Origin: the human T2T-CHM13v2.0 reference genome, Homo sapiens
Reading direction: 5' to 3' (one strand)
Length of the DNA: 64,000 bases
NCBI RefSeq assembly: GCF_009914755.1
Contig: NC_060927.1
The translations under genes and the position numbers were made by a program. Position 1 is the stretch's first letter; every line of letters starts with the position of its first letter. Below, in pieces: positions 16,281 to 29,362 of the stretch. The notes below the pieces were generated by a model. The model did not search any database. It saw nothing but the letters and a program-made list of their open reading frames with translations, and had not been told where the DNA came from.

Positions 16281-17214
16281 TCTCTTCACAGTGGCGGAGG
16301 AGGTGAAGCCACGGGCCTTGATGCTGTCAAGGTCTCGGGAGCCCTCCTCGCTGCGCTGGCCCCTGCTGCAGAGCCCGTCATCAGAAGAAAGTGATTTTTT
16401 TCCTTTGGGTTCTGACAGTTAAGGCCCTGGTGCCTCTTGATGGCAATCAGAGGGACTGGAAAACTCACTCTCTGCCTCATTCCAACACTACCTACGGGTG
16501 GGGCCCTCCCTGGGCCTCCTGGCCTGCAGCCTGGGGTCTCCAAGCTGCCTCAGGGCTTTCCGTCCCATGTTCTGCCCGAGCCCTGAGCGGCCCTGTTGAC
16601 TTGGGACATGTGCCCCTTGGCTTGGCAGGGCTGCTGCTTCTCCCTTTCCATCTCATTGCTTCAAGCACAGACCATTCCACAATCACAATGTATTTACTTT
16701 CCAAAGCTGTGGATACCAAAGGAAAAACTGTGGTAGCAGAGTACGGTGTAATTAACGTGGAATGTACCAGGGGAACCGAGGACATGGCAGACAGACACCG
16801 CGTTCTCAAACAACCGCTTGCTGTTGAAGAGGGTCTATTTTCTCCTCTCCCTCTCCCTTCCCAAGAGATTAAAATAATAAACTCTAAGAAATAAATAAAC
16901 GTGCTCAGCTTCACACATACGAGGTTGACCCTGGCGCAGGTGCGTGGACTCACGTGTGGGGTAGCAGCTGGACAGCCATGATCTGTGTCCATCACCACCC
17001 AGGCATCATGACCACAGAGAGACATATTTAGCACACACATTACAGTGCCTCCCAAACCAGCACCACCATCTGGGGCCTGTGCTGTCAGCCTGGACGCAGT
17101 CAAGTCAGCTGAAAGTAAAATCCATTCTCCATAATAAAGGTGTTCACAAGCCCCTTTCCCTGTGCAAGTTAGCAAAGACAGAACCATCTGACGAAGAATT
17201 AAATGCAGTAACTG

Positions 17215-17574
<360 letters not shown>

Positions 17575-19344
17575 CTAAAGTGTAGCTTCAGTCAATAATT
17601 GGGATCTGTTTCTCACTGGGCACAAAATGGAGGGAGAAGAGAAAAATTCTCCCTGTCTTACTTAAAAAAGAAGACAGACTAAATAAAGTACAATAAATAT
17701 CTATAGAATAAAGTAGTGGAAATTTGGAACTTCCAAATTTGCAAATCTGGAACTTCCAGTCCCTGCATAAAGCTGTCTGAGATCCTGCACCTGAAACCAA
17801 TCTCCCCGCCACCACCGTTCCCCCTGCTTCATGCGACAGGCAAGGAGTGGCCCAGCCATGTCTGTCCCTCCTTTATTCATCCTCTGTGGATGTCTGACGG
17901 CCAGATGGACAGGGCTGGTTTCCTACTGGTCTCCGAATCTCCTGCCTCCACACCTAGCATGGGGTCCTATCTGGGAAAGTGTGGCCTATATGGCATGGAA
18001 GCCAGGTACAGCAGGAGTTTTACCCACCAGAGCACCGGACAGTGTGCTTTGGCCAGGACAAGGAGGGACACATTTAGCACACACATCACAGCGCCTCCCC
18101 CAGAAGGCAGGCATCTGCAGAGTCTTCTGCCCTGGCATCAGGCTAATGTCATGCTCCTCAGTGCCTATAGAATTAACGTCACCTTAGCCCAACACATAAG
18201 GCTCCCGGTGATGTGGCCTCTACCCCTGCCAGCCTCCTCCTCCTCTCTCCCTGGCACTCTCCCCGGCACTCTCCCCTGTACTCCACCCAGACCCAAGTTC
18301 CTGGGCCTACACACGCTACCCTCACTGAGGCTGTGGTGCCCTTCTCCCTCCTCGTCCACCAGAAAACTTCTTGTCACGAAAACCCAGCTCACAGGCCATG
18401 TCCTTTGTTCAGCTCCCTCCTCGCCCCCAAGCCTTGGACTATGTCTATGGTTGTGGGGTTTATACTGATCCTACATCCCTTTCTGTCCTATTAAACTGTG
18501 AGTTCTTTGGGGACAGAGACTGTGTCTTTTTATATCGGATATCCCTGCTGCCTAACCCTGTGCCTGGCACAAAGCAGGGACTCAGTCCAAATTTACTGAA
18601 GCGAACTAGTCTAGACAGGTATACTTTCACTGTCCAACTGCAAGGATATAACTAGCCTTTTCCAAGACAGCTATAGGTTCCACAGAGCGGCCCACAGCCA
18701 AGGCCTCTGCCAGTCTCTGTGAAGGGCTTCTGGCGCAATCCCAGCAGCTCCCCAGCCTCACTGCTGTAATCCACAAAGCACCTCCCAGCACGTGACAGTG
18801 AGGCTATGACAAGTACATAATATGTCACCTTCAGAGCCGCCAGGCCTCTTGCCAGTGCTATGCCGTCCTTACGGCGCTTGGGCAGGTACCCCCAGCTTGA
18901 ATGTTCGACTTAATTGATTGGGAGCAATTAAGGAGAACATGTACTAGTTAATTAAACACTGTACCCCCACTGCCACCTTCATCAAAATCTCTTAAATCAC
19001 ATTAGGAAAAAACAGAATCTCTCTGGCTGGTTAGTATCTTTACTCTCAGGGCATCATGATGATGAAATGGGTAAACACATCCTCTTTTGCAAAACCATTT
19101 CCTTCCCATTTATTACTTTTTCTAGAAATGCACACAACTGCTATCACTTTCATAAATATTTTAAAACATTAGTAAGTCCCAGGGACATTCCTTTTGTATA
19201 CTACATATTTCAGTGAGATTTGGATAAAATATGGCAGTTATACATGTAGCTCTAATTAACATATTTCCTGAATGAAAATGATAACATCTGGCCCCTTTTA
19301 AAGATGAAATATATGAAATTGGGATATAGCAAAAAATACATCTG

Positions 19345-19474
19345 AGCCGGGTGCTGTGGTGTGTTCCTGTTATCCTACCTACCTGGGAGGCTGAGGCAAA
19401 AGGACTGCTGGAGCCCAGGGCTTTATGTCCAGCCTGGGAAATGTAGCGAGACCCTATCTCTATTGAAAAAAAAA
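19345..19474 (+). mobile_element. Alu monomer (FLAM/AluJ-like)
   Basis: Diverged single Alu arm ending in an A-run. Confidence 0.75.
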
Positions 19475-19772
19475 GGGGAGAGGGGAAGGGAGGGGAGGGG
19501 AGGAGAGGGGAGGGAAGAAAGAAAAAGAAAGTAAGGAAACAGAAAAAAAGGAAGAAACAAAGAGGAACGGAGGAAAGGAGGAAAGGAGAAATGTAAGGAG
19601 GAAGGGAAGGGAAAGGGAGGGGAGGGGAGGGGACGGGGGAGGGAGGGAGCGGGGAGGGAGGACAGAAAGAAAGTAAAGAAACAGAAAAAAAGGAAGAGAG
19701 AAAGAGGAAGGGAGGAGAGGAGGAATGGAAGGAGGAAGGGAAGGGAAAGGGAGGGGAGGGGAGGGGGAAAAA
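19475..19772 (+). repeat. GA-rich polypurine low-complexity tract
   Basis: About 300 bp almost entirely G/A (GGAGG, GGAAG, GAAA units). Confidence 0.9.
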
Positions 19773-19829
19773 GAGAATTGTCTGGTATATCTGAGTCTAT
19801 GTTTTCCAACAGAATAGAATGAATGTCTT

Positions 19830-20700
19830 CTGAATTCTATGTAAGATATACAACATGATATTTTGAAATACACAGGTAGTGAAATGGTTACAATAGTCAA
19901 GCAAATTAACATATCCATCAATTCACATTGTTACTCATCTTTGTGTGTGTGGCAAGAGCACCTAAAACAAACTCTTTTCGCAAAATTCATGAATACGATA
20001 TTATGGATGATAGCCCTCATGTCACACATGAACCCTCTAGACCCGTTCATCCCACACGTCTGCTACGCTGTATCCCCTGACTGGTATCTCCCCATTTCCT
20101 CCCTCACCCTCGCCGTGGCCACGGTAACCATCATTTTCTTCTCTACCGCTGTGTATTCAGCTTTTCCTCTTTTTAAAAAGATTCTACATATAAGTGAGAT
20201 CATGCGACATATTTTTTCTCTGTGTCTGGCTTATTTCACTTAGCAATAATGTCCTCCAAGTTTCATCCACGCTGTGGCAAATGGTATGACTCCTTCTTTT
20301 TAAAGGCCGAGTAATATTCCGTTTTGTGTGTGTGTGTGTGTGTCTTGTATGTTACAATTTCTTTCTCTATTCATCTATCAACAGACATTTAGGTTCTTTC
20401 CGTATCTTGGCTACTGTGAATAACGTTGCCGTGAGCACGGGAGAGCAGTTATCTTTACGAGGTAGTGATTTCATTTCCTTTGGGTCAATGCCCAGAAGAA
20501 GGACTGCTGAGTCATATAGTAGTTCTAGTTTTATTTCTTTAGGAATTTCCATATTGTTTTCCATCATGGCTGTACCAACCTACATTCCTACCAACGGTGC
20601 AGCATGCTGGGGCTCCCTCTTCTCCACACCCTCGCCAACAGTGGCTATCTCTTGTGTTTTTGACAATGGCTATTCTATCAGGTGTGAAGTGAGAATGACT
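19830..20700 (-). mobile_element. L1MA-like 3' fragment
   Basis: Reverse strand encodes degraded ORF2 C-terminus (LELLYDSAVLLLGIDPKEMKS...ATLFTVAK) followed by an L1MA-type 3'UTR. Confidence 0.8.
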
Positions 20701-20963
20701 GTTTTCTGATTTTGCCAGATTTTTATATGTCTAAGGAATTAACCCCGTACTGCCAGCCTGCACTGAACGGGGAGAAGTGGCGGCTCACGCTAGTAACAGT
20801 CAGTGCTGTGGGGGGCAGATAAAAGGGAGCCTAGGAACGCTGGACGGAAATGCTGATTTGCTCCAGATAACAGACTGGAATTCCAGGCCATGAGGCTGGG
20901 CCTAGTTTAGTTAATGCTGGGCCACTGGTGGTTCTGTGACAGAAAAACAGGAGTGCAGGAATG

Positions 20964-21153
20964 CACCCCCACACCAGCGACCTGCGTCCATCACCCCACG
21001 CCAGCGACCTGCGTCCATCACCCCACGCCAGCGGCCTGCGTCCATCACCCCACGCCAGCGGCCTGCGTCCATCACCCCACGCCAGCGGCCTGCGTCCATC
21101 ACCCCACGCCAGCGGCCTGCGTCCATCACCCCACACCAGCGGCCTGCGTCCAT
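20964..21153. repeat. 27-bp minisatellite, 7 copies
   Basis: Unit CACCCCACGCCAGCGGCCTGCGTCCAT repeated 7 times with few substitutions. Confidence 0.95.
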
Positions 21154-21887
21154 CTCTTCTGCATTTGTTAGAGGCTGCATGGGCCTAAATCACACACACT
21201 CAGAACCTAGAAAGAATCAGTGTAGGTAAAACAAGAGAGAAATTAATTTTAAATAGGAACATGTTCTTTGTCTTTTGAAGCCTTTTAAAGGCCCTTACAT
21301 TCACTGTCGCTGTGCCTTTACCTAGACTCAGATAAATGACAGAAGAGGTGCTGTTCTGTGAGACCTTTAGAATCCATCAAGGGGAAGTCACTGGGCAAGA
21401 GGAATGAAATTCAGGCCCTGAGAAACTAGGGAAAAAAAAATTAGAGAAACAATGCAATCTTGTCAGGTGACCAATTCCAAGTGTGTCCTTTGACCTCATG
21501 GAATAAAAGACAGTCCCTGGCATAACTAGCTGAAAATACTAGCTGGGGTCATATGCTTCTGATTACTGAGAAAGGCCAGCACAGGCTGAGAGTCCCTATG
21601 CTCCTGCCTAACCCTGTGGCCTCTCCAACGAGGGGAGAAAGGTTTGACGCACTAGAAGTTCATCACTTTAAGTCTGTTGTTTGGAATTCTGAATACATTT
21701 TCCTATAACAACTATTTCCAACTGGTGTTTGGGCGCCTTTTTAGACATTACATACAGATGGACCCACAGTTTAGAATGGGAGCAATGGGGAAAGGAAAAT
21801 GGGAGGTCGGGCCCATGAAATCTACTGATGAGTAGAAGCCCTTTGGGAGCACACACCCACTGTGACGGTGATGACGGTGATGAGGGC

Positions 21888-21890
<3 letters not shown>

Positions 21891-21934
<44 letters not shown>
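21891..21934. repeat. (GT)n microsatellite
   Basis: Pure GT run of about 22 units. Confidence 0.95.
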
Positions 21935-21936
<2 letters not shown>

Positions 21937-22619
21937 TTTATGAGAGGGCAGATGCCATGAGAGGAAAACGAGGCTCTAGGAACAGAAACAGAAGTATGAA
22001 GAAGTGGTTCAAAGACAAGAAGTAGCAAGCAGAGGAGATGGTTCTGAGTCCCAATCATTCCTCAGCTTAAGTTCTTCTTTCTACAATACTTCACTTCCCA
22101 GGCAGCAGTGCCCAGGTGAGCAGTTCCCTTGCGGGGAGGGGGTGGGGCAGCAGTGGACTCATGCTGCCTGCTGGGAAAGGGTATGTGAGATTCAGCTGCT
22201 CACACGACCATGTGTTCACTGAGCAGGGGATCACAACCTCAAGCTCCCAGAGAGCAAGGCAGTGGGGACGAGGCGGGGACCCGGGAGATCCAGACAGCGT
22301 AGCACGACCACCTGAGAGAGGCTGCTGCTGTTCAGCTGAGGCCAGGGGTTCTGGAGAAAAGGCAGGCCTAGTATCATCCTGACTTCTGAGTTTTAAAGGA
22401 AAGCTACGGAATACCTTGATTTTAAATGTTGGCAACTAATACAAAGTAACAACAACAACAAAATGCTACAGGCAAAAACAAAAACAAACAAAAAAAACCC
22501 CACACCAAAAACCCTCTTCTGTCTGGTCTGTGGAATATCAGTTTGCAGTCCCTTTCCCAGTGTCTACAGTTAGAATAAACCATTTGGTTCTTTGATTCGC
22601 AAGTCTAGCTACAAGCCAG

Positions 22620-22756
22620 AATCACTTTGGGTACATGGTCAAAACGCAGCTTTGGAGACCAACAGTATTGGGATGCCTGGGACAAGGCCTGAGAGCCTGT
22701 CTTTTGAGGTGCCCTGGGGATAGTGGTGTGGCTGCGCCGCATTTGGAAACCACTGG
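22620..22756. mobile_element. MER5A-like fossil
   Basis: AGAATCACTTTGGG...GGCCTGAGAGCCTG...CATTTGGAAACCACTGG. Confidence 0.5.
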
Positions 22757-23912
22757 CTGGTTTGTATTTCATCCATATAACCAACTGCTCACTAGTGTTT
22801 CACACCTCCAGTTCATAATGGTCAAATACTATCACAAGAATGATAAAACCACAAAATATGCTGACCCCATGGATAGGAAAGAGGTGAATGTCAAGGGGAC
22901 CTGGGACACAACCAAGTGTGTCAAAGTGTGTCTTATCTAAATGGTTTATGAAAAATTAAAACTCTATAATATATAAGCATATGTTTTAACAGACGAATTT
23001 TCCCTCTACTAAATCTTTGAGTAAAACTGACTCTTCAGGAAGATGCAGTAAGCTTTGATCCTGTGACTGGAGAGTACAGCTGTCCCCAGGATATTCACCA
23101 AAGTTTAAGAGAAACAGACATATCTACACACCGTATCATCATCTCGTCTGACTTACGCCCAAAGGCAAAGGGCCACGTGAAGTCCACAGCAGGACTCAAG
23201 TGCAAAGTCAACAGACTTTTATTTAAACTTCTGTTCAAAGGTATGTGAGTGTTGAAAGTGTGTCAGATGGTGGAGAAAATGACATAACAGGAAATTGTCG
23301 TTTAACAACAGAGTCCATCCCTGAATGCTGCAGCCAAGTCTGCGCCTCCGCGTCCACTCACGGGGCCACCGAGCAGTGATTTGGAGACCTGTTTCAACTA
23401 TCAGCGGGGGCCAAGGGATCCCTGAGCCAGACCTACACCATGGCAGAGCCCCCCAGGTCATTTTCCCACCGTCGGTGAAACTGTGAGGAAACCATGGTAT
23501 TATTCCTGGCCTCCCTGCGCTTCCCTCTCTCCTTTCCTGGTGACGTTTCCAGCTGTCACCAGCATTCCATGGCATACTTCTTATTCCCCACCTTCCCTTA
23601 CTCTCATATCATCACTTCTTAGTAAGACTAAAGCCTTCCCCTTTCCTGTATTATTTACTTCTGATTAATGTCGGCAGCATTTCACCGACGCGTAGCATTT
23701 AACTATTGACTTGAACACCATAGGTATTGCTTCTTATGGAAAAAGAATACTTTAAATTAAACGTGGTCTCTTTATCCAAAAGTGCCCAATTTGTTATGAT
23801 TAATAAAGTTACCAATCAATAAAGTTACTTCATATGATCACTCTGAAAAAAACAATAAAACCTCTTTGTGGAAGCTCAATACACTGCCATTCTGTCATTC
23901 ACTAGTGTTCTC

Positions 23913-24052
23913 GACGGAGAGGCGCTCTTGCTGTGCTGTGTCGTTTTTGATGGAGAGATGCTCTTGCTGTGTTTTTGACGGAGAGATGCTCTTGTTGTGT
24001 TTTTGATGGAGAGATGCTCTTGTTGTGTTTTTGATGGAGAGATGCTCTTGCT
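23913..24052. repeat. 28-bp minisatellite, about 4.5-5 copies
   Basis: Unit GATGGAGAGATGCTCTTGTTGTGTTTTT repeated in tandem. Confidence 0.9.
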
Positions 24053-24099
24053 CCGCACTCCCACCTAACCCTCACCCCCAACCCCCTGAAAGGTTCTGG

Positions 24100-24360
24100 C
24101 CCCAGCACGGCCCCGCACACACCCTCTCTCACTGGACTTGCCCCTTCCCTTCTCCCGGGCCTCACGGCGGTGTCTACGCCGGGCTCGCTGGAACCTTCCA
24201 GGGCTCGGTGATTCGGGGCTGCGGTGGGAGGGCCCTGAGTTCTTAGACCCGCGTGCAGATCCGGCCGCGACACAGGCGAGACCCCTGCCGGCGAGGCGCG
24301 GAACTGCAGGCACGCCGCGGCAGGGAGGGCCGCAGAGCGGGAGGGGCCTGGGGCGCCCCC
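24100..24360. promoter_or_regulatory. Small CpG-rich, GC-rich patch (candidate promoter/enhancer)
   Basis: Dense CpGs outside any recognisable repeat (CCGCGTGCAGATCCGGCCGCGACACAGGCGAGACCCCTGCCGGCGAGGCGCGG...). Confidence 0.55.
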
Positions 24361-24878
24361 AGCAAAGAAGCTGGGGTGGGGGGCTGGCCACCCATCAGGT
24401 CATCAGGAGCCAAGTCCTCTTCCACACTTCTTTCACCACTGTCTTCAGCTGCCACCTCTGTCTGCCTCAGGACCATCAAGCTGTCTGGCTTCCGTCCTAA
24501 GACCCTGAGACAGAATGGAACCCTGGGCACTTACCCTCCTAGGCCAAGGCCAAATTCTCCAAAACACCCCCTAGAGGTGGGGGTGACGGGGGAGGAGAGT
24601 AGACACTTGGAGCCCTGGACATCGGGCCAAGCATCCCACAGACGACAGATAAACGGCTCCCGGATGGTAATACAATCAGAGGCTCCACAGAATCTTTTTC
24701 TGTTGGCAATGGGATTAGAAAATAAAAATAAATCCCAAACACACACAGGCACCTGCCCTTTGCCTGGTGGAATGGAGAGCTCTCGTTTTGTTTTGCCCAG
24801 AACGACTTTCATTTACAGCTTCACATTTTCAGCAAGACGAAAAGCTGAGTCCAGACGCCCTTCAAAAAGAAGAGAGGT

Positions 24879-25388
<510 letters not shown>

Positions 25389-26187
25389 CTAGCAAGAACA
25401 GTCAGTATTCTCCGCACTGTGACCCCGTCCTCCCTGCGCTTCTGGCGGGGATCCAGCCCCTCAGTGTTCGGAATCCTCATGGCCTCATGAGGCCAACTTG
25501 GTAGAGACACCACCTCCTTTCTTAAATGAGGAAAATGGAGACTCCCACGTGGAGGCATCACCCGCCCAGGCCTCCGCACAGTGGGGCCCTTCTTCCAGTC
25601 AGCTGCTGGCCAGTGCTGAGGAGGGTCCCTACACACAACACAACCCATTTTATCTGGCCAACACAACTCTGATGCCATTCGGCTCTCATGCAGTTGAACC
25701 GTGTCAGATGAGAAGTGGCTGGAAACCTCCCTCTAGCTGTATGCATCTCCCACCACTCCCCATAGGGGGGTCTGGCCTTTCATCTTACAGAGAGACCTAG
25801 GTGACCTGCAGAGGCAACCCTGGGTCACCTGAGCTGCAAGTCCCAGTTCTGGGCCTGGCCTGCAATGTTCATATATTCTTCCATCCATTCTTGTTTTTCT
25901 TTACTAAACATAACTGCATGTTACAACCAGCTAGGCATAAACATTAATTAGAAACGCAAACCACCATACTGATAAAAACATGCAGAAATCCTATGAACCA
26001 GCGGCGTAACTGGGAACTTTCTCAAGAGCCTTTGACTCTTATCAAACTGCTAACTCTTGTTTTATTTGAGACTTAGTAGCATCTTCCTAGTTTTTTAGAA
26101 AATTGATTTCCTGTCTGTAAAATACACATTTGGAGTAAAAAATCTGGAAAACTTTACAAATCGTAAAGAAAAAACAACACACATATA

Positions 26188-26513
26188 CAGTCACGCATCG
26201 CTTAACAACAGAGTTTGCTCTGAGAAATGCATTGTTAGGTGATTTCGTCTTTGTGTGAACACACAGAGTGACTTCCACAAACCTAGATGGTATTGCCCAC
26301 CACACACCTGGGCTGTATGGTACAGTCTGCTGCTCCTAGGCTACAAACCTGCATGGCATGTTACTATACTGAATACTGTAGATGCCTGTAACACAATGGT
26401 ATCTGTCTATCTAAACATATCCAAACATAGAAAAGGTACAGTAATAATATGGTATTATAATCGGACGGGACCACCATCATATATTGACCAAAATGTTACG
26501 CAGCATGTGACTA
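26188..26513 (+). mobile_element. Tigger3a (MER7A-like) TcMar-Tigger non-autonomous element
   Basis: TA-flanked termini CAGTCACGCATCGCTTAAC ... GTTACGCAGCATGTGACTA and internal ACAAACCTAGATGGTAT...CTCCTAGGCTACAAACCTG. Confidence 0.85.
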
Positions 26514-27020
26514 TAACTCAATTTCACTCTCCCCCTCCATGAAGCTAGAAAGTAAATCCAAGGATGTCCTTACAACACCCTACTGGTAACGTCACGTCCC
26601 ACACAGTGGCTAGAAATAATAATTAAGGCAGCTATTATCTTGTGAGGTAAGCACTACTTCAGAGCTTTACCTGTATTTTCTTTAGTTCTCACGAAAACCC
26701 CAAAGGTATTATTATTTCCAATATATTGATAAAGCAGTGAATTCTCAGGAAAGTGAACTCGAAAGGGGCAGAGCCAGGACTGTTAATCACCCAGTCCCAC
26801 TACCCCCAAAATTCATGCTCAGCATTCCTCCAGATACTCTCTCTTCGTTGCTTGCAGATCTCCACTCTTGAACAGGAGCATCATTTTATGAAGGAGGGCA
26901 CAGGCAAGGTACTTCCACAGCAGAGGCCGACAGCCCAGTAGCGCCTTCACTATAGCTGAACACCTTGAGGCACACTCTCGAGAAGGCGGAATAACCAGGC
27001 CTGGCTCTCCCAAGCCAGCA

Positions 27021-28897
27021 GCGTGTGTGTGCGTGTATGGTGTGTCTGTGTGTGGCATGTGTGTAGTGTATAAGTGTGCATGTATGTGTGCATGTGTATG
27101 GTGTGTGTGTTGGTGGTGTATGAGTGTGTGGTATATGTGTGCGTGTATGTGGTATATGTGTGCATGTGTGTGTGAGGTATGTGTACGTGTGTGGTGTATG
27201 AGTGTGCATGTGTGTGGTGTACATGTGTAGGGGGTGTGTGTGTGCATGGTGTGTGTGGTTGTGTGGCATATGAGTGCACGTGTGTGTGGTGTGTGTTGTA
27301 TGAGTGTGTGTGGTGTCTGTGTGGTGTGTGTGGTGTATGTGTGCGTGTGTGTGGTGTGTGTGTTGTATGAGTGTGTGTGGTGTCTGGTGTGTGTGGTGTA
27401 TGAGTGTGCGTGTGTGTGGTGTATGTGTTCAGGTATGTATGTGAGTGTGGGGCTGGGTGTGTGTGTGGTGTATGTGTGGTGTGTGTGGTGTATGAGTGTG
27501 TGTGTGGTGTATGAGTGTGCGTGTGTGTGGTGTATGTGTGCCTGTGTGTGTGGTGTATGTGTGCATGTGTGTGGGTGAGGTGTGGGTGTGTGTGGTGTGT
27601 GTGGGGGTATATGTGTGTGTGGTATATGAGTGTGCGTGCATGTGTGTGTGTTGTGTGTATGTGTGTGGGTGGGGGTGTGTGCATGGTGTGTGGTTGTGTG
27701 TGGCATGAGTGTGCATGTCTGGTGTATGTGTGCGTGTGTGTGGTGTGTGTGGTGTCTGGTGTGTGTGGTGTATGAGTGTGCGTGTGTGGTGTATGTGTGC
27801 ATGTGTGGTGTGTGTGTGTGGTGTGTGTGGTGTCTGTGTGTTGTGTGTGGTGTCTGAGTATGTGTGTGTGTGGGTGAGGTGTATGTGTGGTGTGTGCGTG
27901 TGTGGTGTATAAGTGTGTGGTGTGCGTGTGTGGGTGAAGTGTGTGTGGGTGTGTGGTGTGTGTGGGGGTATATGTGTGTGTGGTGTATGTGTGCATGTCT
28001 GTGGGTGAGGTGTGTGTATGTGTGGGTGTGTGGTGTATGTGTGCATGTGTGTGTGAGGTGTATGGGTGAGGTGCGTGTGTGGTGTATGTGCGTGTGTGTG
28101 GTGTATAAGTGTGTGTGGTGGTGTATGTGTGTGAGGTGTGTGTATGCGTGTGTGTGGGGGTGAGGTGTGTGTGGTGTATGTGTGTGGTGTATAAGTGTGT
28201 GTGTGGTGTGTGGTGTATGTGTGCGTGTGTGTAGTGTGTGGGGTGTATGTGTGCGTGTGTGGTATATGTGTGTGTGGGTGAGGTGTGTACGTGGTGTATG
28301 TGTGTGGTGTGTGGTGTATGTGCGTGCGTGTGTGCTGTATAAGTGTGTGTGGTGTGTTATGTGTGTATAAGTGCGTCTGTGGTGTATGTGTGCGTGTGTA
28401 TGTGGTGTAAAGTGTGTGTGGTGTGTGGGTGAGGTGTGTGTGTATGTGGTGTATGTGTGCATGGTGTGTGGTGTATGTGTGCGTGGTGTACGTGTGCGTG
28501 TGTGTGGTGTATGTATGTGGTGTGTTGTGTGGTGTATGTGTGTGTGTGCTGTATGTGTGCATGTGTGTGGTGTGTGTGTGGTGTGTGATGTATAAGTGTG
28601 TGTGGTGTGTTGTGTGTGGTGTATGTGTGTGTGTGCTGTATGTGTGCATGTGTGTGGTGTGTGTGGTGTATGTGTGTGTGCTGTATGTGTGCATGTGTGT
28701 GGTGTATAAGTGTGTGTGGTGTGTGTGTGGTGTATAAGTGTATGTGGTGTATGTGTGCGTGTGTGTGGTGTATAAGTGTGTGTGTGGTGTGTTGTGTGTG
28801 TTGTATAAGTGTGTGTGTGGTGTGTGGTGTATGTGTGCGTGTGTGTGGGTGAGGTGTGTGGTGTGTGTGTGTGGTGTGTGTGAGGTATGTGTATGTG
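27021..28897. repeat. ~1.9-kb complex TG-rich simple-sequence array
   Basis: Continuous GTGTGTGGTGTATGTGTGC-type degenerate units; produces His/Thr- and Val/Cys-rich spurious ORFs. Confidence 0.95.
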
Positions 28898-28910
28898 GGT
28901 GGGGGCAGGG

Positions 28911-29362
28911 TGATATTTATTTTCTAGGGCTGCCACGACAAAGTACAAACCGGTTTGCTTAAACAGCAGACACTGATTGTCCGCAGTCCTGGAGGCTAGA
29001 AGTCTGAGATCATGGGTCGGCAGGGCTGGATCCCTCTGAGGGCTGCGAGGCCGAGCCTGTTCCAGGCCGCTCCCCTAGCTTCTGGTGGTTCGCTGGCAAT
29101 CTTTGCTATTCCTTAGCACGCAGAAGCAAAGCCGTGATCTGACTTCTCCTTTACGTGATGTTCTCCCTGTGTGTGTGTGTCTGTGCCCAAATTCCTCTTT
29201 TTATAAGAACACCAGTCATACTGGATTAGGCTCGACCATGAGGACCTCATCTTAACAAATGACATCTGCAACGACCCTATTCCAAATAAGGTCACATTCT
29301 GAGGGAGTGGTGGTTAGGGCTTCAGCATATGAATTTCTGATGAACACATTCAATCCATAGCA
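28911..29362 (-). mobile_element. MaLR LTR (MLT1B/C/D-like)
   Basis: CCTGGAGGCTAGAAGTCTGAGATC...TTATAAGAACACCAGTCATACTGGATTAGG...CCAAATAAGGTCACATTCTGAG. Confidence 0.85.

Noticed and set aside
17716-18468. 250-aa ORF in unique sequence
   Set aside because: Non-ATG start, no recognisable homology or exon structure; a length plausible by chance in GC-rich DNA.
20831-21229. Repetitive-peptide ORFs (WGDGRRPLA, QRPASITP)
   Set aside because: All six frames are open only because the VNTR unit is 27 bp.
26819-28948. 709-aa His/Thr/Pro-rich ORF and overlapping Val/Cys-rich ORFs
   Set aside because: Translation of the TG/CA simple-sequence array, which lacks stop codons by composition; no domain content.
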